Notes: a model not told the origin generated them from the sequence alone. Shown: positions 26,592 through 35,521, counted from the first letter of the stretch. The stretch is DNA of 64,000 bases from Alphaproteobacteria bacterium (GCA_031549385.1 JAVBPW010000004.1:12043-76042), one strand, 5' to 3'. Made by a program: numbers and translations.

Positions 26592-29223
26592 ATTTCTTCA
26601 CAAATATTTTCTTTAAAAGGGTTACTAAAATAAGATATAATAAAATAGTTACAGCCAAAACATAAAAATACATATCAGGCAATGGAACCATTCCAAGACT
26701 TCTTCCTAATTCAGAATAAGGAAGTATTGTTCCAACAATTATACTCAAAGATGTAATTAAAATCACAGGCCAAGAAGCCCAGCTTTTAATAAAAGGAAAT
26801 CTTTCAGTTCTCAAGGTATGAATAACTAAAGTTTGAGACCAAATAGATTCTAAGAACCATCCGGTATGAAACATCATAGCAAAAGTCAATTGAGCTTCTG
26901 CAGAAAGTGTTGCATAATTTCCACCAAGTGCCATAGGACAGATACAATAAAACATTATAAAATATGTAGTAATATCAAATATAGAACTAGTTGGTCCAAT
27001 CCAAAACATAAAGTTTTTTATAGAAGAAGTATCCCACTTACGAGGCTTTTTTAAATATTCTTTATCTACATTATCCCAAGGAATAGCCATACAAGAAATA
27101 TCATACATAAGATTAAGCAATAATATTTGTAAAGGCATCATAGGTAAGAAAGGCAAGAATGCGCTGGCAATCAAAACAGAGAACATATTACCAAAATTAG
27201 AACTAGCAGTCATCTTGATATATTTAATAGTATTAGCATAAGTTTTTCTACCTTCAATAATTCCATTTCCAAGAACCTTTAAGTCTTTTTCAAGCAAGAT
27301 TATATTTGCAGACTCTTTAGCAATATCAACAGCATTATTAACTGATATAGCCACATCCGCAGCCTTCATAGCCACAGCGTCATTAATACCATCTCCCATA
27401 AATCCAACCACGTGACCATTATCACGCAAAGCCTGAACAACGCGAGCTTTTTGAGCAGGGGACAATTTAGCAAATATACTACATTTCTCTACATCATCTC
27501 TAAGTTCTTGATCGTTCATCTTTTCTATATCAGAACCAAGAGTGATGCAGGCATTTTTAATACCAACTTCCTGACAAATAAAAGAAGTAACAAATTCATT
27601 GTCTCCAGTTAGAACTTTAATATTAACTCCATATTCATAAAGAGCTTTAATTATATGAGTCACATCTTCTTTAGGTGGATCCAAGAAAGCAAGATACCCA
27701 ATAAGTATCATATCACTTTCGTCTTTTTCGCTAAAAGTTTTTTTATCATTTTCTTGTTTATAAGCGAGTGCCAAAACTCTCATTCCTTTAGTATTCAAAG
27801 ATTTTGCAGTCTTAATTATTTCATTACGTAATTCTTTTGATATAGGCTCAACAGTTTCATTGCGTTGAACATAGGAGCAAACTTGAAGCATTTCTTCCAT
27901 AGCTCCTTTAGTAATCAATTTAACGTTTCCATTTTTATCTTCAACAGCCACACTCATTCTGCGTCGATTAAAATCAAAAGGAATTTCATCAAATTTCTTA
28001 TAGCTATTTTTTTCAATATCCAACTTTTCTTCTGCGGCATGTTCTATAATAGATATGTCCATAAGATTTTTAAGTCCGGTTTGATGAAAGCTATTTAAAA
28101 AAGCATAAAACAAAACATCTTTATCTTCCTTTCCGTCAACATTCAAATGATATTCTAATATGATTTTATCAAGTGTAAGTGTTCCTGTTTTATCAGTGCA
28201 TAAAACATCCATAGCGCCAAAATTTTGAATAGCACTAAGTTTTTTAACAATAACTTTTTTCTTAGACATAAGAAGGGCGCCTTTGGCTAAATTAGTCGAA
28301 ACGATCATAGGGAGCATTTCAGGGGTAAGTCCAACAGCAACTGACACAGCAAACAAAGTTGCTTCCAACCAATCACCTTTAGTAAATCCATTAACAAATA
28401 AAACAATAGGCACCATAACAAGAATGAAACGTATCAACAACCAAGATATAGAATTAATACCTATTTCAAAATTATTTTTTACCTTATTAGAATTATCTAA
28501 TTGTTTAGCAATTCCCCCAAACATAGTTTTTGCTCCAATCGAAACAACAACAGCAGCTGCAGACCCACTAACAACATTACTTCCCATAAAAGCTAAATTA
28601 TTGTATTCTAAAGGATTGGTACTTTCATTAGATAAAGCATCTCCAAATTTTTCAACAGGAGCACTTTCTCCAGTAAGTGATGATTGGCTAATAAATAAAT
28701 CTTTTGCTGATAAGATTCTAACATCAGCAGGCACCATATCACCAGCAGTAAGATAAACAATATCCCCAACAACAAGTTCTTCAATCGAAATATCAATTTT
28801 ACCAAGTTTGCCACGTTTAACGGTTATGTTAGTTTTAACCATATTAGTAAGTTTTTCGACAGCCTTATTACTTTTTCCTTCTTGGGTAAAGCTAATTCCG
28901 CCACTCAAAAGCACCATAGACATAACAATTATAACAGAAGTAAAATTTTCAGCTCCCTTAGCTGCCATATACACATCAGTAAACAAAGAAACAAAAGCAA
29001 GAGCTAAAAGTACAATATTAAAAGGATTAACAAAAGAGTCAAAAAGTCTTTTAAAAACAGAAATTTTCTTTTTATAAGAAATAAGGTTTAATCCATATTT
29101 ATTTCTTTGGATTTTTACACGTCTTTTATTATACCCATCAACAGTATTCTTATACTTTTTAAGTAATACATCTTGAGGTGCTTTTGCAGCAAAAATAATA
29201 TCACTAATTTTTTCAACAGACAT
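26575..29223 (-). CDS. mgtA: Magnesium-transporting P-type ATPase
   Basis: 882 aa. TGES, DKTGTLT, GDGINDA and 10 TM helices. Overall architecture of MgtA/MgtB-type P-type ATPases. SD AGGAGA precedes the start. Confidence 0.85.
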   Translation of the reverse strand: MSVEKISDIIFAAKAPQDVLLKKYKNTVDGYNKRRVKIQRNKYGLNLISYKKKISVFKRLFDSFVNPFNIVLLALAFVSLFTDVYMAAKGAENFTSVIIVMSMVLLSGGISFTQEGKSNKAVEKLTNMVKTNITVKRGKLGKIDISIEELVVGDIVYLTAGDMVPADVRILSAKDLFISQSSLTGESAPVEKFGDALSNESTNPLEYNNLAFMGSNVVSGSAAAVVVSIGAKTMFGGIAKQLDNSNKVKNNFEIGINSISWLLIRFILVMVPIVLFVNGFTKGDWLEATLFAVSVAVGLTPEMLPMIVSTNLAKGALLMSKKKVIVKKLSAIQNFGAMDVLCTDKTGTLTLDKIILEYHLNVDGKEDKDVLFYAFLNSFHQTGLKNLMDISIIEHAAEEKLDIEKNSYKKFDEIPFDFNRRRMSVAVEDKNGNVKLITKGAMEEMLQVCSYVQRNETVEPISKELRNEIIKTAKSLNTKGMRVLALAYKQENDKKTFSEKDESDMILIGYLAFLDPPKEDVTHIIKALYEYGVNIKVLTGDNEFVTSFICQEVGIKNACITLGSDIEKMNDQELRDDVEKCSIFAKLSPAQKARVVQALRDNGHVVGFMGDGINDAVAMKAADVAISVNNAVDIAKESANIILLEKDLKVLGNGIIEGRKTYANTIKYIKMTASSNFGNMFSVLIASAFLPFLPMMPLQILLLNLMYDISCMAIPWDNVDKEYLKKPRKWDTSSIKNFMFWIGPTSSIFDITTYFIMFYCICPMALGGNYATLSAEAQLTFAMMFHTGWFLESIWSQTLVIHTLRTERFPFIKSWASWPVILITSLSIIVGTILPYSELGRSLGMVPLPDMYFYVLAVTILLYLILVTLLKKIFVKKYGELL

Positions 29224-29345
29224 GTTTTCCTATCTCCTATAGTCATAGCTTGATTATCTCATAAAATCCTTCTTTATTCAAGATAATAAATATCAGTTGA
29301 AAGATAACTTATTTTCCTATAAACTGTTATAAAACAAGGATTCCA

Positions 29346-29792
29346 ATGAAATACATTAAATTATTTTTACTTACCATTATTTTAACATCAACTCTTTTTG
29401 CTAGTGATTTAAAATTTACTCATGAAGAAGCTTTTAAAGAAGCAAATAAAATAAAAGAAAAGTGTTTTAAGAAATATTTAAAAAAAGATAGTTATGAAAC
29501 TCATACAGCTATGATAGAATTGCATGAGGGTACTTTAGTTTGTATTAAAGATAAGATCAATAAAGAAATTGAAAAAGGATTCAAAGGTGAGGAAAGAAAG
29601 CAAATATTAAAAGAATATGAAGTTTTATATAAAGATTATATGATATTTTATAAAAGTTATTATAATTTAAGTAGATATTGCACGCCTTATTGTGGAAATA
29701 TGACAGTGGAAATTAATATATCTCAGTCTATTAATCTATCTGTGAATATTCTTTCAGACCTTATTTATTTAAACAAAAATGAAGATTTTTAA
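29346..29792 (+). CDS. Small secreted Cys-containing hypothetical protein (148 aa)
   Basis: Signal peptide MKYIKLFLLTIILTSTLFA. Lys/Glu-rich with several Cys. Convergent with, and overlapping by 4 nt, the MuF::GH108 gene. Confidence 0.45.
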   Translation: MKYIKLFLLTIILTSTLFASDLKFTHEEAFKEANKIKEKCFKKYLKKDSYETHTAMIELHEGTLVCIKDKINKEIEKGFKGEERKQILKEYEVLYKDYMIFYKSYYNLSRYCTPYCGNMTVEINISQSINLSVNILSDLIYLNKNEDF

Positions 29793-30670
29793 TAAGTTTT
29801 AAACTTTAAGGTTTTATATTTCTTTGTTCTATTTTTCCAACCATTTTTAGAATCTTTGAAGTTAGCTGTTGTTTCTAAGTATTTATCTCTGTTTTCTAAA
29901 AATATATCTATGAAACTGTCTATATTTTCATTAGAAATTAAGTTTAACGCTTCCACTGTATTGTCTCCAAACAGTCCATCAATATCTAAATTCAAGTTTT
30001 GTGTATCGTTCAATGTTTTTTGAAGAATTTTTATTATTTTAGAGAAATTTCCCATAATTCCTGTATCCATTAAAATAAAAGAAAGTAAAGTATTGTCAAT
30101 ATTTTTAATTTTTCTGTCTTTATAGTAATCAAGATAATAAATAGTTTTTGTTTCTTCATTTGTTAATTTATTTACGTCTTTTGAAAAATTAAAATTTTTA
30201 TGAGTTTTATTGAAATTATTTAGTGTTATATCGGTGATTCCTCTATTTGTTTCTCTATCTGTTTTAGTTGCAGTTTTAAATCCTCCTTCTTCAGACAATG
30301 TTATATTTATAAATTCTTCAAATCTTTCATCAGTTACAATCTTATTGTTATCATCTAAAAGAACAGGAAATATTTTACATTTACAATTAGGGTGGACTGG
30401 TAATAATCCATTAGCATTTTCTTCATTTTCAAAAATTTTTCCATCAAGTTTCTTACAGTTTTCACAAGTGTTTTCATTATTTTCTGCTTTATAAATATAA
30501 GCTAGTCTAATTATTTTGTTTCTTCCAGAATTATCTTTTTGTTCATTTTCTGGAAATTTTTCTTTAAACCAATTATAAACTTTATTTACAACTTCTTGAT
30601 GTTCGGGTTTTAAATTGTTTTTAGAGCTTTCACTATTCATTAAATCTTGAATTTTTTTTGGTATATTCAT
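29789..30670 (-). CDS. Fusion protein: MuF-like zinc-ribbon (C..C..HPNCKC) + GH108-type lysozyme + PG_binding_3 domain
   Basis: 293 aa. The N-terminal half carries CENCKKLDGKIF...HPNCKCKI, the signature HPNC(R/K)C of phage Mu-F/SPP1 gp7 C-terminal domains. The C-terminal half has SEEGGF...TNRGIT (GH108 catalytic-Glu region), LTNEETKTIYYLDYY and IDGLFGDNTVEAL (PG_binding_3). Confidence 0.6.
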   Translation of the reverse strand: MNIPKKIQDLMNSESSKNNLKPEHQEVVNKVYNWFKEKFPENEQKDNSGRNKIIRLAYIYKAENNENTCENCKKLDGKIFENEENANGLLPVHPNCKCKIFPVLLDDNNKIVTDERFEEFINITLSEEGGFKTATKTDRETNRGITDITLNNFNKTHKNFNFSKDVNKLTNEETKTIYYLDYYKDRKIKNIDNTLLSFILMDTGIMGNFSKIIKILQKTLNDTQNLNLDIDGLFGDNTVEALNLISNENIDSFIDIFLENRDKYLETTANFKDSKNGWKNRTKKYKTLKFKTY

Positions 30671-30875
30671 ATTTTATTCCTTATTAAGTTATTAAATTAA
30701 AAAAGCCTACATTTCTGTAGGCAATAAAAAAGATGGATACTATCCACCTTAAACATAATATCATTATAGTAAAAATTTTCTGAAAAATCAAGTGTTTTTA
30801 TTAAAATATTGCTATTTTCAAAATCCTATGTTAAAGTTTTAAAAACTTAAATTCTAAACATTAAAAAATCCAAAT

Positions 30876-31574
30876 ATGAGTAATAGAATTGAATCAATTT
30901 GCAAGAAGAACATTGCAAGGAAGAATATGTTAGGCAAAATCCTAAAGCAGGGGATTACGTTTTCAAAAGACCCAAGGTTTTTAACCTTTGAAGAAATAGT
31001 CTGTGAAAGTGGACTTAATTCCAAACAGCTTTATGGATATTGGCAAGAAGCAAAGAAAAGAACTTTCCCGTTTTCCAAAAAAGAAGATAAGATAGTTGAT
31101 ATTTTGCTTAGTACATATACGAAAAGTGTTATATTTTTTGCTACCTCTGCTGTTTGGATGCATCCTCAAAGAAATCTGTGTTATTCGCCACAAATAGAAC
31201 ATCCCGACACATGGTATCATGCTCTCAAAATGCATAGTGGAAAAGATAGTGCAAATTACTATGAGTGTTATCATAGGTTTGTAGAATGGTATCCTCCAAA
31301 TGAATATTTTGAAGAACCTATTTTCGATATTATATCTCCCGAGGAAGCTGATTTTTGCACTAATTCGGAAAAATTAAAGCGAAAAAACATCCACAGGGAT
31401 GTGTTTCTTTATGATGCTACTCCAAAAATTGTGACGATTAGGTTTGCGATGAGCTTGCCGGAAGAATTCAAATCTATCTCTCAAAATCTTGATAATGTAT
31501 ACATGGTCAAGTATGTAAAAGGAGACGGTTATTTTCCAGAAAGGCTCTATTTCAACAGCTCTCCAGCTAAATGA
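30876..31574 (+). CDS. Hypothetical protein (232 aa)
   Basis: ORF only. Cys/His/Trp-rich. No family recognised. Confidence 0.4.
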   Translation: MSNRIESICKKNIARKNMLGKILKQGITFSKDPRFLTFEEIVCESGLNSKQLYGYWQEAKKRTFPFSKKEDKIVDILLSTYTKSVIFFATSAVWMHPQRNLCYSPQIEHPDTWYHALKMHSGKDSANYYECYHRFVEWYPPNEYFEEPIFDIISPEEADFCTNSEKLKRKNIHRDVFLYDATPKIVTIRFAMSLPEEFKSISQNLDNVYMVKYVKGDGYFPERLYFNSSPAK

Positions 31575-31673
31575 TTATCATTAACAAATCCTCCATTGTG
31601 GGGATTTTTATTTTTCTTGTTATTGCTCAAAAAATAAAGTAGCATCAAAATAACAACTTTAAAAGGAACCAAA

Positions 31674-32183
31674 GTGTCAGATAAAACATTAAGAATAAAA
31701 GAAACTGCTAAAATAAGAGAACTAGAAGAAAGATTAATAATAATAGAACGCAGATTAAAAGTAAAAGACGAAGAAAGTCAAGTTCCAGAACATAAAGAGC
31801 ATGATTTTAAATCAAGACCACCAAAGAAATTTGACGACCATAAACCAAGAAAATTTGGCGATAGAAAACCAAGAGAGTTTGGAGACAGAAAGCAAAGAGA
31901 GTTTGGCGACAGAAAACCAAGAGAATTTGGTGATAGAAAGTCAAGAGAGTTTGGCGACAGAAAACCAAGAGAATTTGGTGATAGAAAGCCAAGAGAATTT
32001 GGTGATAGAAAGCCAAGAGAATTTGGAGACAGAAAGCCAAGAGAATTTGGTGATCGTAAACCAAGAGAATTCGGTGATAGAAAACCAAGATCTTCATTTT
32101 CATCAGGAAAATCATTTGGTAAAAAGGATTTTGGTAAATCCAAGCCTCGATCTTTTTCCAAATCGAAACCAAGATCAAAATAA
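31674..32183 (+). CDS. Tandem-repeat basic protein: coiled-coil N-terminus plus about 10 x (FGDRKPRE) decapeptide repeats and a Lys/Ser-rich tail
   Basis: GTG start preceded by AAAAGGAA. In-frame 30-nt DNA repeats with synonymous/conservative variation, the only frame without stops. The antisense and other-frame ORFs across the repeat are artefacts. Confidence 0.55.
   Translation: MSDKTLRIKETAKIRELEERLIIIERRLKVKDEESQVPEHKEHDFKSRPPKKFDDHKPRKFGDRKPREFGDRKQREFGDRKPREFGDRKSREFGDRKPREFGDRKPREFGDRKPREFGDRKPREFGDRKPREFGDRKPRSSFSSGKSFGKKDFGKSKPRSFSKSKPRSK
31823..32092 (+). repeat. 30-bp tandem repeat array, about 9-10 copies (consensus ttggtgatagaaagccaagagaatttgg-like), in-frame inside the CDS
   Basis: Directly visible repeats of gaNagaaaNccaagagaRtttggNga with period 30. 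Confidence 0.85.
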
Positions 32184-32191
32184 AAATAAAA

Positions 32192-32217
32192 AAGTCGCCA
32201 AGTTGGCGATTTTTTAT
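32192..32217. terminator. Bidirectional terminator (tcgccaa-gt-ttggcga + T-run) between the repeat-protein gene and tRNA-Glu
   Basis: Perfect 7-bp stem with TTTTTT 3' and an A-run 5'. Confidence 0.7.
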
Positions 32218-32221
32218 TTAG

Positions 32222-32296
32222 TGGCGACCCCAACGGGATTCGAACCCGTGTTAGCGCCTTGAAAGGGCGCTGTCCTAACCGTTAGACGATGGGGTC
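32222..32296 (-). tRNA. tRNA-Glu (anticodon UUC), CCA encoded
   Basis: Reverse complement GACCCCATCGTCTAACGGTTAGGACAGCGCCCTTTCAAGGCGCTAACACGGGTTCGAATCCCGTTGGGGTCGCCA. Acceptor GACCCCA/TGGGGTC, anticodon stem GCGCC/GGCGC with loop CTTTCAA, T-loop GGTTCGAATCC. Confidence 0.85.
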
Positions 32297-32429
32297 TAAA
32301 TTAAAACTTACGACATTATATGGGTATTTTTTCAAAAAATCAAGAGTTTTTGAAATAAGTCCTTAAAAATTGATAATTTTACTTTTTTTCCAAGCCTTTT
32401 TATGATATAATCTTATCACAGGGAGAGAA

Positions 32430-34373
32430 ATGAGAAGGTATTTATACTTATTATTAGCCGTATTTATAATGGCATTTTCGCTTAGTAGCGGATATGCGCA
32501 GGTTGGTGTTTCTCCGACTCAAAGAAAAATTCTCGATAATTCAAATAAGAAAAAAGTATCTGCTCGTTCAGCTGCATCAACATCTTCTCAAGCAAAGGCT
32601 CCAGCAGTAAGTTCTACAAGTTCAGTAGTTCAGTCAAGTATGGCAAATACAGATTCTTCAAGAGTTCCTACATCAACAACATCAGCTCGTGTAATGGGAG
32701 CGCAAAAAACTCAAGCCTTAAAAGAGTTAGGTCCTGGTTCAAAGTCAGCTGTTTGTGCCAGATATCAAAAAAATTGTGATAAGTTATATGATGAGAAAGC
32801 AGGTAAATTCAAAAATGCAGATTGTGAAAAATATGCTGCAGAATGTGTAGAGTTTATGGGTATTACAGATGCAAAATGTATAGAAAAAATGGACAGATGT
32901 ATAGCTCAATTTTGTTATCCAGAAGAAGTTTGCTCTGATTATGATACAACTATGGAATTAGTAAAATCATGCTTAACAGATCTAGGTGGTTTTGAAAGAT
33001 ATGCTTGTAAAGAAAGGCAACTTAAAGCTTCAGTAAAGAAAATGAATTCAATAGTTCAATCAAAATCAGCACAAGCAAAGGCACAAAGTGAAGCTGACAG
33101 TTATAAAGCTCAAGTGGCAAAACTTCAACAACAAAACGAAAAGCAACAAGCTGATGCTCAAGCTGCAATTGAAAGAGCTAGACAAGAGGCAGTAGAAGCA
33201 GCCTCAGCAGCACTTGCTCCGTCATCAGCTCAAGGTTTAATAGCAGAAGCTCAAGCGGAAAAACCAGAATTTTCATTACCAGATGAATATAACAATTGCT
33301 ATTCAAAATACCAAAGAGCATATAACTTAATGCAAACAGTAGAAACATATTCAAACTGTCAAATAGATGGTAAAAATCCAAAGATGTATTTGCAAGCTGA
33401 TGCAAATAATTTTGATGTATTAGATTTGTTGAGTATGGTAGGAAATTCAAGAGAATCAACTGATATATGTCAAAATTTACCACCAAGATTAAAAATGTCA
33501 CGTTATAAAATTCATGATATGACTGCGGCGGTAAATGAATATAAATCATGTGTATCAGATGTATTAAAAAAGGCAAATAAAGAAGATGGTGCTAACAAAT
33601 CAAGCATAACAAATTTAACCAAATTATTAACATTCTTACGTACTTCAAATGTAAATAATATAGCCGACCGAATGGATGCTTTTAATTTTATAAGTCCAAG
33701 AGCAGATGCTACAGGTATTTATCAATATTATCCAGAAACAGTTATAACTTTTAAATCTCCAGAAGGTTTAGTCGTTCCTTCAGGAAATAAAACAGAAATG
33801 AGTGACGTTAGAAGTGATGCAAAAATAATGTTATCTGCATCAATATACTATGCAAGAACACTAATGAATTTGACTGAATTTGTAAACGAAGAATTTGAAA
33901 AATATGCTGCTGGTTCAAATGTAGACATTAAAGTAGCTCAAAGTCAAACAGGTAAAGATTGTAATACTTTAAAAGGTGAAGAAAGATTATATTGCATACA
34001 AATGGGTGCTATTGAAGCTGCTACTGATTTAAAAGCAAATTATGCTACTAACAGATCTGTAGCTCAAAGAGCTATAGCTTCATTAAAAAATTACGGTTAT
34101 CAAGTAGGAAAAGGTCCTGATTGTGCAAGTATAACAATCCCAACACAAAATGAAATAGATGGTCGAAATGCTGATGGTACAACTTTTGATAATAAAGCTG
34201 TATTAAAAACTTTCACAGACAGTGTAGAAAAATGTATAAACGCCATAACTCAAGCAACATATACTCCAACACAAACACAGAGTGGTATTAATCCTTTCAA
34301 TCCATGGACTTGGGGAGGTGGGTCCTACAATACAATTCCCAGCGGGACAGAGCCAATCCAAAGTCCTTTCTAG
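32430..34373 (+). CDS. Large secreted protein (647 aa): Ser/Thr-rich linker, Cys-rich modules and a Gln/Ala-rich coiled coil; reading frame continues in +1 into an M23 peptidase domain
   Basis: SD GGGAGAG, then signal peptide MRRYLYLLLAVFIMAFSLSSGYAQ. Multiple CxxC-spaced Cys. Heptad-like AKAQSEADSYKAQVAKLQQQNEKQQADAQAAIERARQEA. The stop at 34371-34373 sits immediately before the M23 core in the +1 frame. Confidence 0.6.
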   Translation: MRRYLYLLLAVFIMAFSLSSGYAQVGVSPTQRKILDNSNKKKVSARSAASTSSQAKAPAVSSTSSVVQSSMANTDSSRVPTSTTSARVMGAQKTQALKELGPGSKSAVCARYQKNCDKLYDEKAGKFKNADCEKYAAECVEFMGITDAKCIEKMDRCIAQFCYPEEVCSDYDTTMELVKSCLTDLGGFERYACKERQLKASVKKMNSIVQSKSAQAKAQSEADSYKAQVAKLQQQNEKQQADAQAAIERARQEAVEAASAALAPSSAQGLIAEAQAEKPEFSLPDEYNNCYSKYQRAYNLMQTVETYSNCQIDGKNPKMYLQADANNFDVLDLLSMVGNSRESTDICQNLPPRLKMSRYKIHDMTAAVNEYKSCVSDVLKKANKEDGANKSSITNLTKLLTFLRTSNVNNIADRMDAFNFISPRADATGIYQYYPETVITFKSPEGLVVPSGNKTEMSDVRSDAKIMLSASIYYARTLMNLTEFVNEEFEKYAAGSNVDIKVAQSQTGKDCNTLKGEERLYCIQMGAIEAATDLKANYATNRSVAQRAIASLKNYGYQVGKGPDCASITIPTQNEIDGRNADGTTFDNKAVLKTFTDSVEKCINAITQATYTPTQTQSGINPFNPWTWGGGSYNTIPSGTEPIQSPF

Positions 34374-34764
34374 AAGTTTTATATCAAGTGCTTTTGGTTT
34401 AAGAGATATAAGTGATCAAGAACCTAATGCAACAACTGATCATAAAGGTATAGATATTCCATTGCCTATGAATACAGATATTAAGGCTGTGTGGACTGGA
34501 AAAGTTAAAAGTACAGCAACAGGAACAGGTAAGGGTGGGGATATAGTTGTGCTCGAACATCCAAATGGTTTAACAACGCATTATATTCATATAAATCAAG
34601 CTATGGTAACTGTAGGTCAAATGGTTCAACAAGGTCAAGTAATAGCAAAATCTGGAAATTCTGGAACATCTACAACGGGTCCTCATTTACATTTTGAAAT
34701 AAGGGAAAATGGTACCCCTGTAAATCCTTGTGGTGAAAAATATCTAAATTGTGACGGTAAATAA
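34282..34764 (+). pseudogene. M23 (LytM-type) metallopeptidase domain ORF in +1 frame relative to the upstream gene (frameshifted 3' part, sequencing error, or separately translated)
   Basis: SAFGLRD...HKGIDI (HxxxD), ...GTSTTGPHLHFEIRENGTPVNPC (HxH). The full M23 catalytic motifs are intact. The only upstream start is a GTG overlapping the previous CDS by 92 nt. A G-rich tract (tggggaggtgggtcc, 34309-34323) is a plausible slip site. Confidence 0.55.
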
Positions 34765-34831
34765 TAAAAACCTTGAATTTTTTCAATATATTTCGTATAC
34801 TTTTCAAGTAATTAATAAAAGAGGTAGTATT

Positions 34832-35104
34832 ATGAAAAAATTATTATGTGTTGCATTAATAGTAGGAGTATCTCCATCATTTGCATATATATTAAAAGAT
34901 GCAAAGAATATAAGTGGAACTCAAACAATGATAGCAACATGTCAAAACTTTGATAATTCATCATCAGATGTAATCTGTATGGTAAAAAGAAAAGAAATGT
35001 CAGCGGGTCAATGGGGTCCTTGGATTATCACAGGTAAAAAAGGAACATTTAAAACTTTTGAAGCAGCGTTAAGTGAATGTTGTGCATCTAATTCAAAAAA
35101 ATAA
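34832..35104 (+). CDS. Small secreted Cys-rich protein (90 aa) immediately downstream of the M23 domain (immunity-protein-like position)
   Basis: Start moved to ATG 34832, which follows aaagaggtagtatt. Signal peptide MKKLLCVALIVGVSPSFA and 6 Cys. A strong terminator follows. Confidence 0.5.
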   Translation: MKKLLCVALIVGVSPSFAYILKDAKNISGTQTMIATCQNFDNSSSDVICMVKRKEMSAGQWGPWIITGKKGTFKTFEAALSECCASNSKK

Positions 35105-35127
35105 AAGTTTTATGAATTAAAATTAAA

Positions 35128-35155
35128 ATGTCGGATTATCTCCGACTTTTTTTAT
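35128..35155. terminator. Bidirectional terminator (gtcgga-ttatc-tccgac + TTTTTTT)
   Basis: Perfect 6-bp stem with a 7-T run, between convergent genes. Confidence 0.75.
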
Positions 35156-35160
35156 TTTAT

Positions 35161-35466
35161 TTAAAATTCTACAAATTTTTCTAAATCATTTAGATTAAAA
35201 GTTATATCGTAAAAACTTAGTGTCATTCTATTAATTTCATCAATTAATTCTTTTTTAGTTTTAAATATTTTTTTGGGGAAATTGTTTTCTGAAATAAATA
35301 CTTGTTTTTCATAATCTTTATATGCGATATCTTTATGACCTATCCATTTTCCGTCTTTGTCATAACAATTTAAAGCATAAGCAAGTCCGTATCTGGAAAC
35401 TTCTTCTAAAAGCAGGTATTCTCCACTTCCATCATTAAAATCATATTTTAAATTATTATCAAGCAT
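35161..35466 (-). CDS. Hypothetical protein (101 aa)
   Basis: ORF only. Acidic, no signal peptide. Confidence 0.4.
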   Translation of the reverse strand: MLDNNLKYDFNDGSGEYLLLEEVSRYGLAYALNCYDKDGKWIGHKDIAYKDYEKQVFISENNFPKKIFKTKKELIDEINRMTLSFYDITFNLNDLEKFVEF

Positions 35467-35521
35467 TATTTTCCTTATTTTTATTTTAAGCTACCACTTA
35501 AATTAAGTAGTAGCTTCTTAT

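Noticed and set aside
31823-32092. CRISPR array.
   Set aside because: The only regular repeats in the window are contiguous 30-bp units without spacers and are in-frame coding. No cas genes are present.
31778-32262. Three overlapping ORFs across the 30-bp repeat array (two antisense, one alternate frame), one of them running over tRNA-Glu.
   Set aside because: Any frame of a periodic repeat lacks stops. Only the FGDRKPRE frame has a start with an SD and a terminator, and the others collide with the tRNA.
34282-34373. GTG-initiated standalone M23 gene overlapping the upstream CDS by 92 nt.
   Set aside because: Such a long overlap with a GTG start and no SD is less likely than a +1 frameshift or indel in the G-rich tract. 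Kept as a frameshift candidate instead.
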